A stretch of DNA of 32,000 nucleotides, taken from positions 1,110,001 through 1,142,000 of the forward strand of contig NC_007517.1 in assembly GCF_000012925.1 (NCBI RefSeq), given 5' to 3'. Under the pieces are notes generated by a model. The model had not been told where the DNA came from. It saw only the letters and a list, made by a program, of their open reading frames with translations, and ran no database searches. Below are positions 16,249 to 24,535 of the stretch, in pieces (position 1 is the stretch's first letter; each line of letters begins with the position of its first letter). The stretch comes from Geobacter metallireducens GS-15. GTDB taxonomy: Bacteria > Desulfobacterota > Desulfuromonadia > Geobacterales > Geobacteraceae. The position numbers and the translations under genes were made by a program.

Positions 16249-16404
16249 ATGACTGAAAAAACCTGGGAATGGTTTGGAACAACAGCGGCCTTGATTTACA
16301 TACTGATCATCCTGTTCATCCTCTTCTTTGTCATTTTTTTCTACTTCAGGAAGGGAAAGCCGCCACAGATTGACAAGCAGGCGGGTGACGAAGGAGAAGA
16401 TTGA
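16249..16404 (+). CDS. Possible 51-aa single-TM small protein (not in the ORF track)
   Basis: ATG 16249 is preceded by AAAGGGGAA. The product is 'MTEKTWEWFGTTAALIYILIILFILFFVIFFYFRKGKPPQIDKQAGDEGED': one very hydrophobic helix followed by a charged tail. It fills an otherwise empty gap between two + strand genes. Confidence 0.4.
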   Translation: MTEKTWEWFGTTAALIYILIILFILFFVIFFYFRKGKPPQIDKQAGDEGED

Positions 16405-16430
16405 GGGGCGGTCCGCGAAGGAGGTGTTTG

Positions 16431-16802
16431 ATGAAGTACGGGTTCGAAATTTCCGCGGCAGAAGTAAAAGCGCGCATGAACGCCGGAGAACAGCTGTTTT
16501 TTGTTAACCTCCGGCACCACCAGGACTGGGACCTGGCGGTCATGCAGGTACGGGGCGCATTGCGAATCGACGATGACAAGGTGGAGGCTCATCTGGAGGA
16601 AATTCCGCGGGAGCGTACCGTCGTTGTTTATTCAACCTGCCCCGGGGATGAACCGAGCGCCAGGGTGGCCCGGCTGCTTCAGGAACATGGCTGGAAAGAC
16701 GCTCATTCCCTGATTGGCGGGTTCGAGGCCTATTGTCAGGAAGGCTTGCCGGTTGAGGAGATTGGTGAGGGAAGCTCTGTGAGAAAAATTATGATGCTCT
16801 GA
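16431..16802 (+). CDS. Rhodanese-like domain protein
   Basis: 'ISAAEVKARMNAGEQLFFVNLR...VVVYSTCPGDEPSARVARLLQEHGW...LIGGFEAY' has the rhodanese fold pattern with an atypical active-site loop. RBS AAGGAGG precedes ATG 16431. Confidence 0.75.
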   Translation: MKYGFEISAAEVKARMNAGEQLFFVNLRHHQDWDLAVMQVRGALRIDDDKVEAHLEEIPRERTVVVYSTCPGDEPSARVARLLQEHGWKDAHSLIGGFEAYCQEGLPVEEIGEGSSVRKIMML

Positions 16803-16873
16803 GTCCTTGTCGCCGAGAGCCTGATGGCCAACTTGCTCCTATCTCCATGGGCTTTCGTTCAGGGAGGAACACC

Positions 16874-18304
16874 ATGAAGCATTGGACGCTGAAATCTGCT
16901 GGCAAAATATCCCTTCTGACAGCTTTTCTCCTGATTTCGCTAATTTTCCTGGGGGGATGCGACGGGAGGAGCAAGACCGAATTCGTGGGATTCCCCCAAT
17001 CATTCGCCGATCTCGCCGAAAAAATCAGACCCGCCGTGGTGAACATCAGCACCACATCAACCGTCAAAGTACCCGGCAATCCCTTCAGGCACTTTTTCGG
17101 CCCCGAGGAAGAAGGGCCGTTTGGTGATTTCTTCAAGCATTTTTTCGGCGACATGCCCGACCGTGAGCTGAAACAGCAGAGTCTCGGCTCCGGGATCATC
17201 ACCGACAAGGACGGGTACATCGTCACCAACAACCACGTGGTGGATAATGCCGAGGAGATAAAGGTCAAGATCTCTGACGGCAGAGAATTCAAGGCCAAGG
17301 TTATCGGAAGGGATCCCAAAACCGATCTTGCGCTGATCAAGATATCTTCCCCCTTCAGAAATCTCCCCGTCCTCCCCCTCGGCGACTCCGACAAAATGAG
17401 AGTTGGTGATTGGGTGCTTGCAGTGGGGAACCCGTTCGGTCTCGAACACACCGTGACCCAGGGGATCATCAGCGCCACCGGGAGGGTGATCGGTTCCGGG
17501 CCCTATGACAATTTCCTCCAGACCGACGCCCCCATCAACCCTGGCAACAGCGGCGGCCCCCTGGTCAACCTCAAAGGGGAGGTGATCGGGATCAATACCG
17601 CCATCGTCCCCGGCGGGCAGGGGCTCGGCTTTGCCATCCCGAGCAGCATGGCCAAAATGGTGCTCAAGCAGTTGCAGGAGAAGGGGAAAGTGGTGCGGGG
17701 ATGGCTCGGTGTTACGATCCAGACCGTAACCCCCGACCTGGCCGCCTCCTTTGGCCTCAAGGAGGCGAAGGGGGCCCTCGTCTCCGACATCGCGGAAGGA
17801 GGACCGGCCGCCAAAGGGGGAATCAGGCGGGGAGATATCATCCTTTCCTTTGACGGGAAAAATGTGAAGGACTCCATGGAACTGCCCCGAATCGTAGCGG
17901 AAACCCCGGTCGGCAAAGAGGTGGATGTCACGGTGCTCAGGGAAGGGAAAGAGGTGCATTGCAGGGTGAGGGTCGAGGAACTCACGGAACAGAGGATTGC
18001 CGCCCAGACCGAGGCGCCGACGGACAGCTTCGGAATGACGTTTGTCGACATTACCCCCAAGGTGCGGCAACAACTCGGGATCAAAGAGAAAACGGGAGTT
18101 GTCGTTGCCGGAGTGGAGCCCGGGAGCATCGCCGAAGATGCGGGTATCCGGGCGGGGGATGTGATCAAGGAAGTTAATCGCAAACCGGTCAGAAACCTGG
18201 CGGACTTGAGCAGTGCCTTGGAGAAGTCCGCAAAGGGGCAACCGGTCCTCTTGCTGCTCAATCGGGGAAGTCAGACTTTCTATGTGACGCTGGAAACTTC
18301 GTAG
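16874..18304 (+). CDS. Do/HtrA/DegP-family periplasmic serine endoprotease with two PDZ domains
   Basis: Signal/lipobox-like N-terminus ('LLISLIFLGGCDG'). Catalytic triad contexts 'TNNHVV', 'DLALIK' and 'GNSGGPL'. Two PDZ-like segments follow. RBS AGGGAGG is present. Confidence 0.9.
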   Translation: MKHWTLKSAGKISLLTAFLLISLIFLGGCDGRSKTEFVGFPQSFADLAEKIRPAVVNISTTSTVKVPGNPFRHFFGPEEEGPFGDFFKHFFGDMPDRELKQQSLGSGIITDKDGYIVTNNHVVDNAEEIKVKISDGREFKAKVIGRDPKTDLALIKISSPFRNLPVLPLGDSDKMRVGDWVLAVGNPFGLEHTVTQGIISATGRVIGSGPYDNFLQTDAPINPGNSGGPLVNLKGEVIGINTAIVPGGQGLGFAIPSSMAKMVLKQLQEKGKVVRGWLGVTIQTVTPDLAASFGLKEAKGALVSDIAEGGPAAKGGIRRGDIILSFDGKNVKDSMELPRIVAETPVGKEVDVTVLREGKEVHCRVRVEELTEQRIAAQTEAPTDSFGMTFVDITPKVRQQLGIKEKTGVVVAGVEPGSIAEDAGIRAGDVIKEVNRKPVRNLADLSSALEKSAKGQPVLLLLNRGSQTFYVTLETS

Positions 18305-18375
18305 GGGTGTCTCTCAGGCACGGCAGTAAGATTGGTGCCTATCGGCTGAAGCATTGACTAAAGGAGGAGTAAGGC

Positions 18376-19632
18376 ATGAAACGATCAGCGTTCGTTCTCT
18401 TGGCAGTTCTGGCAGGTTACCTCCCATTCTGCCCAGCTGCTCCAGCCGAAGCAGTCGATACTCCTTCGGCCGGTCTTTACAGGAGCATAACCCAGCGTGA
18501 GGAAGGGGTCATTTCCAGGACCGCGGTCATGGCGCTCCGCTCCATAGTCCAGGCGCGGGCGGACATTCACCAGAAGATGCTGGAAAAGGCTCGTCATGAC
18601 CTGAACGAGGCAACACTACTCATGGAAACCATCCGGTCCGACCTGTCGACTGCCGTGGTAAGAAACCGCATCTGGATTGCCAGAACACATCTGGAGTACG
18701 AAACCGCCCAGAGGGTGATGGAGGATTTACCGCCGATTTTTAGCGCCCTGCGCGATATAGAGGAGTATTTCCCGACAGACAAGGCAAAACGGCATATTGA
18801 CAACGCCAAAAGGTATCTGGAAAAGGGGGAGAAAAAAGGAGCTGAAAGGGAATTGCACCTGGCTGACAACGAACTCGTTGTTGTAGAGGTGGAACTTCCA
18901 ATAGCTAAAGCGGAGACATATGTGACCAGGGCGAAGGAGTATCTCGCCCGAAACGATGTCACGAAGGCCGATGAGGCACTAAAAGTGGCGGAGGAAAAGG
19001 CTCAGGCGGTTCCTGTCGGCATGGAGTCTGCGCTTCAAAGGGCACAGAGCAGTTTCTGGAGGGCCTCCCGCTCCTATGCCGCCGGTAAACCGGCTGAAGC
19101 CCGGACGTATATCGAGCAGGCAAGAATGTATCTCGAAAAGGCAGCGAAGACAGGAAACGTCAAGGGGAAGGAGGAGGTTGGCACACTTTCCCGGAGCGTG
19201 ACCGAGCTCGAACAAAAACTGGACAAAGGGGATAATACCGCTGAATCCGCGTTGGCATCAGCCTGGAATAAGAGCAGGGCCCTTGCTGAGCGAGAATCTG
19301 AATATCTGGCAGCCCGATGGGAAGAGGCCGAAACGACCCTGTCGGTGGACGATGATCTCATTGAAGCAAAGCTGCACGTCTCGTACGGGGAAACGTACCA
19401 GGTAATAACCAGAGAGTCGGCAAAGGCCGCAGAAGAGCTCGACAGGGCCGCCGCCTATCTTGACAAGGCCATGAAGAATTCTCTCCTCGACCAGGCAACC
19501 ATAAAGAGAATCGGGGCGATCAGGAAAGAAGTTACATCCCTCAGAGAAGCCCCTGAGCAAAGCGATGAAGCTTGGAAGGATCGTTACGACCAGATCAAGG
19601 ATGAGATAAACAAACTGCTGCGGCAAGTTTGA
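18376..19632 (+). CDS. Secreted all-helical repeat protein of unknown function (possibly YfdX-like)
   Basis: Signal peptide 'MKRSAFVLLAVLAGYLPFCPAAPAEA'. A recurring motif of the form A-x-x-YL-x-K appears ('AKRYLEKGEKKG', 'AKEYLARNDVTKA', 'ARMYLEKAAKTGN', 'AAAYLDKAMKN'). RBS AAGGAGG is present. Confidence 0.55.
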   Translation: MKRSAFVLLAVLAGYLPFCPAAPAEAVDTPSAGLYRSITQREEGVISRTAVMALRSIVQARADIHQKMLEKARHDLNEATLLMETIRSDLSTAVVRNRIWIARTHLEYETAQRVMEDLPPIFSALRDIEEYFPTDKAKRHIDNAKRYLEKGEKKGAERELHLADNELVVVEVELPIAKAETYVTRAKEYLARNDVTKADEALKVAEEKAQAVPVGMESALQRAQSSFWRASRSYAAGKPAEARTYIEQARMYLEKAAKTGNVKGKEEVGTLSRSVTELEQKLDKGDNTAESALASAWNKSRALAERESEYLAARWEEAETTLSVDDDLIEAKLHVSYGETYQVITRESAKAAEELDRAAAYLDKAMKNSLLDQATIKRIGAIRKEVTSLREAPEQSDEAWKDRYDQIKDEINKLLRQV

Positions 19633-19706
19633 CCTGAATCGCCAGGGGCCGATAGGCAGAATGCATCAGCTGCGGGCTCTGCATAAAGACAGCGTGAGGT
19701 GAGAGC

Positions 19707-22520
19707 ATGCAACGAAACAACCCCGACAGTTTCGAGAGCCGAGCGATTCTGGCCGTTGGCCAATCCCGCTACCACTACCATTCCCTGCCGAAGTTCGCCG
19801 AGTCGTTCCGCGCGGATATTTCGCGGCTTCCCTACTCCATCAAAATTCTTCTGGAAAACCTTTTGCGCCGCGAGGACGGAGTTACGGTCGAACGCGACGA
19901 TATCGTGGCGCTCGGCCACTGGCATCCCCGGACTCTCCCGGACCGTGAGATCCAGTTCATGCCGGCCCGGGTTCTGCTCCAGGACTTTACCGGCGTGCCG
20001 GCCATCGCCGACCTCGCCGCCATGCGCGCGGCCCTGAAGCGTCTGGGGGGCGATCCGGCCCGGATCAATCCCTTGCAGCCGGCCGACCTCATCATCGACC
20101 ACTCGGTGCAGGTGGATCGCTACGGCACCAAATCGGCCGCGTCTGCAAATGCCGATTTCGAATTCCGGCGTAACCGTGAACGCTACCAGTTTCTCCGCTG
20201 GGGGCAGGGGGCGTTCCGCAATTTTCGCGTGATCCCGCCTGATACCGGCATCTGTCATCAGGTCAACCTCGAATACCTCGCCCGGATTGCCATGGTGGCC
20301 GAACAGGATGGTGAGAACTGGGTCTATCCCGACACCCTTGTGGGCACCGACTCCCACACCACCATGGTCAACGGCCTCGGCGTCGTGGGGTGGGGCGTGG
20401 GGGGGATCGAGGCGGAAGCGGCGCTCCTGGGCCAGCCCTGCTCCATGCTGATCCCCCGGGTGGTGGGGTTCAGATTCCTGGGGAGGCTGCCTCCGGGGGC
20501 AACGGCCACGGACCTGGTCCTCACGGTCACCCAGATGCTTCGCAAAAAGGGGGTGGTGGGCGCGTTCGTGGAGTTCTTCGGCCCGGGGCTGGCCTCCCTC
20601 ACGGTTGCCGACCGCGCCACCATCGGCAACATGGCCCCCGAATACGGGGCGACCATTGGGATTTTCCCCGTGGACGGTCAGACCCTCGACTATTTGCGCC
20701 TCACCGGTCGGGCCGCCCTGGTCCCCCTCGTCGAAGCCTATTATCGCGCGCAGGGCATGTGGTACGACGCCGACCAGCCGGAGCCGTGGTATTCGGACAC
20801 CATCGAGCTGGACCTCGGCACCGTGGAGCCGTGCCTGGCCGGCCCCTCCCGCCCCCAGGACCGGATCCCCCTCAAAGAGGTGCGCGGCTCATTCCGGAAA
20901 TCCCTGGCAGGGCTCATGCAGAACGAGACGGCCCGTATCGACCGCGGCATCCTGGACCGCTGGTTCGGCGATGGGGGGGCTCCCCGCTATGTGGCCCCGG
21001 AGCTTTCAATTTCCCCGCCGGACGAGAAGCTCGGTCCCTTGGAACGGTGCGTGCCGGTCAGACAACCCGACGGCGTGGCGTACAACCTCTGCCACGGCTC
21101 CATCGTCATTGCCGCCATCACCAGTTGCACCAACACCTCGAACCCGTCGGTCCTCATGGCCGCCGGGCTTCTGGCCAGAAACGCCGTGCAGCGGGGCCTT
21201 CAGGTCAAGCCGTGGGTGAAGACCAGCTTCGCCCCGGGCTCCCGGGTCGTGACCGATTATCTCGCCTCCGCCGGGCTCACGGCATACCTGGAAGGGCTCC
21301 GCTTCCACCTCGTGGGTTATGGCTGTACCACCTGCATCGGCAACAGTGGGCCGCTCCCCGACCATATCGCCAGGGCCGTTGTGGACGGCGGCCTTGCCGT
21401 AGCGGCGGTCCTGTCGGGAAACCGCAACTTCGAGGGGCGGATCAACAACTATGTCCGGACAAACTACCTTGCCTCGCCTCCTCTGGTGGTGGCCTACGCC
21501 CTGGCCGGCAACATCGCCATGGATCTTACCCGCGATCCGGTCGGCATCGATCCAAACGGTCAGCCGGTCTACCTCAAGGATATCTGGCCCGCCGATGAAG
21601 AGGTTGCCGACCTGGTGCGCCGCCACGTCACGCCGGAGCACTTCAGCCGCGGCTACGCTGATATCCTGCGGGGCAACACGGCTTGGGAGGGGCTCCCCGT
21701 TCCCGCCAGCGAGCTGTACCAATGGGAGGAAACATCCACCTATCTCAAGGAGCCGCCGTTTTTCGCCGATGTCACGGCCGTGCCGGCACCGGTTGACGAT
21801 ATCCGTGGCGCCCGGGTGCTGGCGCTCCTGGGAGACTCGGTCACCACCGACCACATCTCCCCGGCCGGCGCCATCGCCCCGGAGTCCCCGGCCGGCCGCT
21901 ATCTCGTCTCCCTAGGGGTGAAGCCCGAGGACTTCAACTCCTACGGCTCCCGGCGCGGCAATCACGAAGTAATGGTCCGGGGGACGTTTGCCAACGTCCG
22001 GATCAGAAACCTGCTGGTGCCGGGGGTCGAAGGGGGAATGACGAATTACTTCCCGCAGGGGAAGGACCAGGGAGAGACGATGCCCATCTACGACGCCGCA
22101 ATGCGCTACCAACAGGACGGCATTCCCCTCATCGTTGTGGCCGGCGCCGAGTACGGCACCGGTTCTTCCCGGGACTGGGCCGCCAAGGGGACTAGACTCC
22201 TGGGGGTCCGCGCGGTGATTGCGCAGAGTTTCGAGCGGATCCACCGCTCCAACCTCATCGGCATGGGGGTCCTGCCGCTTCAGTTCATGGCGGGAGAAAG
22301 CCGCGAGACCCACGGCCTCACCGGAGAGGAAACCTATGAAATCGAGGGGCTCGCCTCCCTGATTCCCGGCGGGACGCTTCGGGTCACGGCCCGGAGCGCC
22401 GGCGGCAACGGCAGGGAATTCCAGGTGCTGGTCCGCATCGACACCCCCAACGAGCTCGATTACTACCGTCATGGCGGGATTCTGCCCTATGTGCTGCGCC
22501 AGACATTAGCCTCAAGATAA
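19707..22520 (+). CDS. acnA: Aconitate hydratase A
   Basis: 937 aa with canonical AcnA/IRP blocks: 'VLLQDFTGVPAIADLAAMR', 'GTDSHTTMVNGLGVVGWGVGGIEAEA', 'SCTNTSNP', 'GCTTCIGNSGPL', 'NRNFEGR', 'GSSRDWAAKG'. Confidence 0.92.
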   Translation: MQRNNPDSFESRAILAVGQSRYHYHSLPKFAESFRADISRLPYSIKILLENLLRREDGVTVERDDIVALGHWHPRTLPDREIQFMPARVLLQDFTGVPAIADLAAMRAALKRLGGDPARINPLQPADLIIDHSVQVDRYGTKSAASANADFEFRRNRERYQFLRWGQGAFRNFRVIPPDTGICHQVNLEYLARIAMVAEQDGENWVYPDTLVGTDSHTTMVNGLGVVGWGVGGIEAEAALLGQPCSMLIPRVVGFRFLGRLPPGATATDLVLTVTQMLRKKGVVGAFVEFFGPGLASLTVADRATIGNMAPEYGATIGIFPVDGQTLDYLRLTGRAALVPLVEAYYRAQGMWYDADQPEPWYSDTIELDLGTVEPCLAGPSRPQDRIPLKEVRGSFRKSLAGLMQNETARIDRGILDRWFGDGGAPRYVAPELSISPPDEKLGPLERCVPVRQPDGVAYNLCHGSIVIAAITSCTNTSNPSVLMAAGLLARNAVQRGLQVKPWVKTSFAPGSRVVTDYLASAGLTAYLEGLRFHLVGYGCTTCIGNSGPLPDHIARAVVDGGLAVAAVLSGNRNFEGRINNYVRTNYLASPPLVVAYALAGNIAMDLTRDPVGIDPNGQPVYLKDIWPADEEVADLVRRHVTPEHFSRGYADILRGNTAWEGLPVPASELYQWEETSTYLKEPPFFADVTAVPAPVDDIRGARVLALLGDSVTTDHISPAGAIAPESPAGRYLVSLGVKPEDFNSYGSRRGNHEVMVRGTFANVRIRNLLVPGVEGGMTNYFPQGKDQGETMPIYDAAMRYQQDGIPLIVVAGAEYGTGSSRDWAAKGTRLLGVRAVIAQSFERIHRSNLIGMGVLPLQFMAGESRETHGLTGEETYEIEGLASLIPGGTLRVTARSAGGNGREFQVLVRIDTPNELDYYRHGGILPYVLRQTLASR

Positions 22521-22672
22521 ATCAATAGGGTTTTGGAAAAGCTAGCCGGACATCATTCCGTCAAGGTGGCCGCAAGACGCAGGCGACACGCTGTCCTTCT
22601 CGTTTCACCGTCCGTGCCGGCCAGCATACGCATTTCTCCACTACCCGATAATCCTTCTCCGGAGGTCAGACA

Positions 22673-23278
22673 ATGATGGCAATAACCTTCAGGACATGGG
22701 TGCGAGCAGAATTAGAGGCCGTCTGGGCCGTTGTGTTGGACAGTGTTGAGAACCCGCAGAGGTATATGTCAGATGTGGAAGCGGTCAGGGTATTGGAACG
22801 GCTTCAAGGTGGAATTACCAAGGAACTCACGATACGTGGCATGGAGTACGCGCCCGGGTGCTTTGATTTTTTCGTGTTCGAAAGGGGAACGCTAAAGAAG
22901 ATCAAAAGCACGGAAAATGACAACGTGTGCGCCTCTGGAGTGTTCGACTCCTTTGTGTTTGAAAGCTCGATTATCCGGGAGGTCACGGTGCGGGGCGTGC
23001 CTTACCGGGAAAGGATTCGGATAAGCAACAAGGAGAGGAAAATTCACCGCGAACTGATCGACCATCCCGCCTGTTCCGGAAAGATAATCGTAAAAGCGGT
23101 TCCCTGCTCCGTGCAGAACCCCATGGCTCCTGTTGATCTGCAATTCTTTCTGGAGCTGAAATCCATGAAAGGGGCGAAAGAGGAAACAGAAGAGATGACC
23201 GGAGAAATCAAGAAAGAGCAACAGCGGCTTAAGGAGAAGGCCGAGGAACTGGAAGCAAGTGCTTTACGAGTACTTTAA
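22673..23278 (+). CDS. Hypothetical protein, possibly SRPBCC/AtaL-like, with an internal motif duplication
   Basis: The 201-aa ORF opens like SRPBCC proteins ('VRAELEAVWAVVLDSVENPQRYMSDVEAV'). It contains two copies of an FDxFVFE motif ('GCFDFFVFERG', 'GVFDSFVFESS') and a charged helical tail. RBS GGAGG is present. It is the first gene of the + strand run leading into narGHI. Confidence 0.5.
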   Translation: MMAITFRTWVRAELEAVWAVVLDSVENPQRYMSDVEAVRVLERLQGGITKELTIRGMEYAPGCFDFFVFERGTLKKIKSTENDNVCASGVFDSFVFESSIIREVTVRGVPYRERIRISNKERKIHRELIDHPACSGKIIVKAVPCSVQNPMAPVDLQFFLELKSMKGAKEETEEMTGEIKKEQQRLKEKAEELEASALRVL

Positions 23279-23325
23279 GGAGAGAAGGCCGATCAGGCCC
23301 TAAGCCGGATGAGGAGGAAACCGAC

Positions 23326-23622
23326 ATGCAGTTTGCCGCGAAACTCGCCGAAGTCCCCCTCTGGGGGAAAAAACTCGTCACCGTCAGCGGTGAAGAGGTG
23401 GTGCTGATCAACGACAAGGGGAAGATCTACGCCTGTGAGAACTATTGCCCCCACCAGGGGAGCCCCATGCTGGCGGGAATCGTCAAGGACGGGGTCATTG
23501 CCTGCCCGCGGCACGGCTGGCACTACAAACTGGCGGACGGGGGATGCACGGATTTCCCCGACTATACCCTCAAAACCTACCGTGTTGAGGTGGTCGGCGA
23601 CGACATCATGATCGATACGTGA
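23326..23622 (+). CDS. Small Rieske [2Fe-2S] protein (NirD-like)
   Basis: 98 aa with 'CPHQGSPM' and 'CPRHGWHY' (CxH ... CxxH Rieske ligands). There is no signal peptide. Confidence 0.8.
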   Translation: MQFAAKLAEVPLWGKKLVTVSGEEVVLINDKGKIYACENYCPHQGSPMLAGIVKDGVIACPRHGWHYKLADGGCTDFPDYTLKTYRVEVVGDDIMIDT

Positions 23623-23638
23623 GGGAGCGGGGGATGAG

Positions 23639-24529
23639 ATGAAAACGGTGATCATCGGCGGGGTGGCCGCCAGTGCCGCCTGCGCCATGACGCGAAGAAT
23701 GCTCGTTGCCATGGTGATCGCGCTGCTGGCTTCCGCCATGCATCCCCACCAGGGGTCTTCCAAAGAGAGGGCAGAGGGGGACGGAAAGGCCCTTTTCCAG
23801 GCGAAATGCTCTCCCTGCCACACCATAGGCGGTGGCAGGCTGGTGGGTCCGGACCTCAAGGGGGTGACGGCCCGGCGGGACCGGGGATGGCTCGAACGGT
23901 TCATCTCCGCGCCGGACAAGGTGCTGGCAAGCGGGGATCCGGTTGCCGCCAGGCTGTTCCAGGAGTCCAACAAGGTACCGATGCCGAACCTGGGGCTTGG
24001 CCAGGATCAGGTCAATGTCCTCCTCAACTATCTTTCGGCCCCGGAAGGAATATCTCCATCCAAGGCCGAACCCCCTGCCTCACCCGTTCAGGAGGAGGGA
24101 GATCCGTCGAGGGGGGAGAAATTCTTTACCGGCGCGCTCCCCTTCGCACAAGGCGGCACCCCCTGTATCGCCTGTCATCAGGTGGCCGGCATTCCTCCCC
24201 TGGGGGGCGGCGCCCTCGGCCCCGACCTGACCACGATCGTCGCGACGTTCGGCGATACGGCGCTCTCCTCTGCCCTTGCAACGCTCCCCTTTCCGACCAT
24301 GAAACCGATCTTCGGCGACCATCCCCTTACCCGCGGGGAGCAGGGGGATTTGCTGGCCTTTTTCAGAAAAGTGGCACCGCGGCCGCCGGTGACGGCAACA
24401 ACGCGTATTGCTTTGTGGGCGGGGGGAGGATTCCTGGTGCTCCTGCTCCTGACTGGCGCCCTGGGGCGCCGGAGGCTCGGGAGTGTCCGCGGAACCCTGG
24501 TGGATGAGGCGAATCGGGCGGGGAGGTGA
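23639..24529 (+). CDS. Membrane-anchored diheme c-type cytochrome
   Basis: Two CxxCH motifs ('CSPCHT', 'CIACHQ'). There is an N-terminal signal/anchor ('MTRRMLVAMVIALLASA') and a C-terminal TM helix ('IALWAGGGFLVLLLLTGAL'). The stop lies 6 nt before, and in the same frame as, the narG ATG. Confidence 0.8.
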   Translation: MKTVIIGGVAASAACAMTRRMLVAMVIALLASAMHPHQGSSKERAEGDGKALFQAKCSPCHTIGGGRLVGPDLKGVTARRDRGWLERFISAPDKVLASGDPVAARLFQESNKVPMPNLGLGQDQVNVLLNYLSAPEGISPSKAEPPASPVQEEGDPSRGEKFFTGALPFAQGGTPCIACHQVAGIPPLGGGALGPDLTTIVATFGDTALSSALATLPFPTMKPIFGDHPLTRGEQGDLLAFFRKVAPRPPVTATTRIALWAGGGFLVLLLLTGALGRRRLGSVRGTLVDEANRAGR

Positions 24530-24535
24530 GGGAAG

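Noticed and set aside
16441-16450. 'GGTTCGAAAT' T-loop-like string, a possible tRNA
   Set aside because: It lies inside the rhodanese coding sequence (codons for YGFEIS). No acceptor or anticodon stems can be drawn around it.
22515-22535. ATCAA half-site after the acnA stop, a possible FNR box for the nar-associated operon
   Set aside because: No matching TTGAT half-site lies at the required 4-nt spacing.
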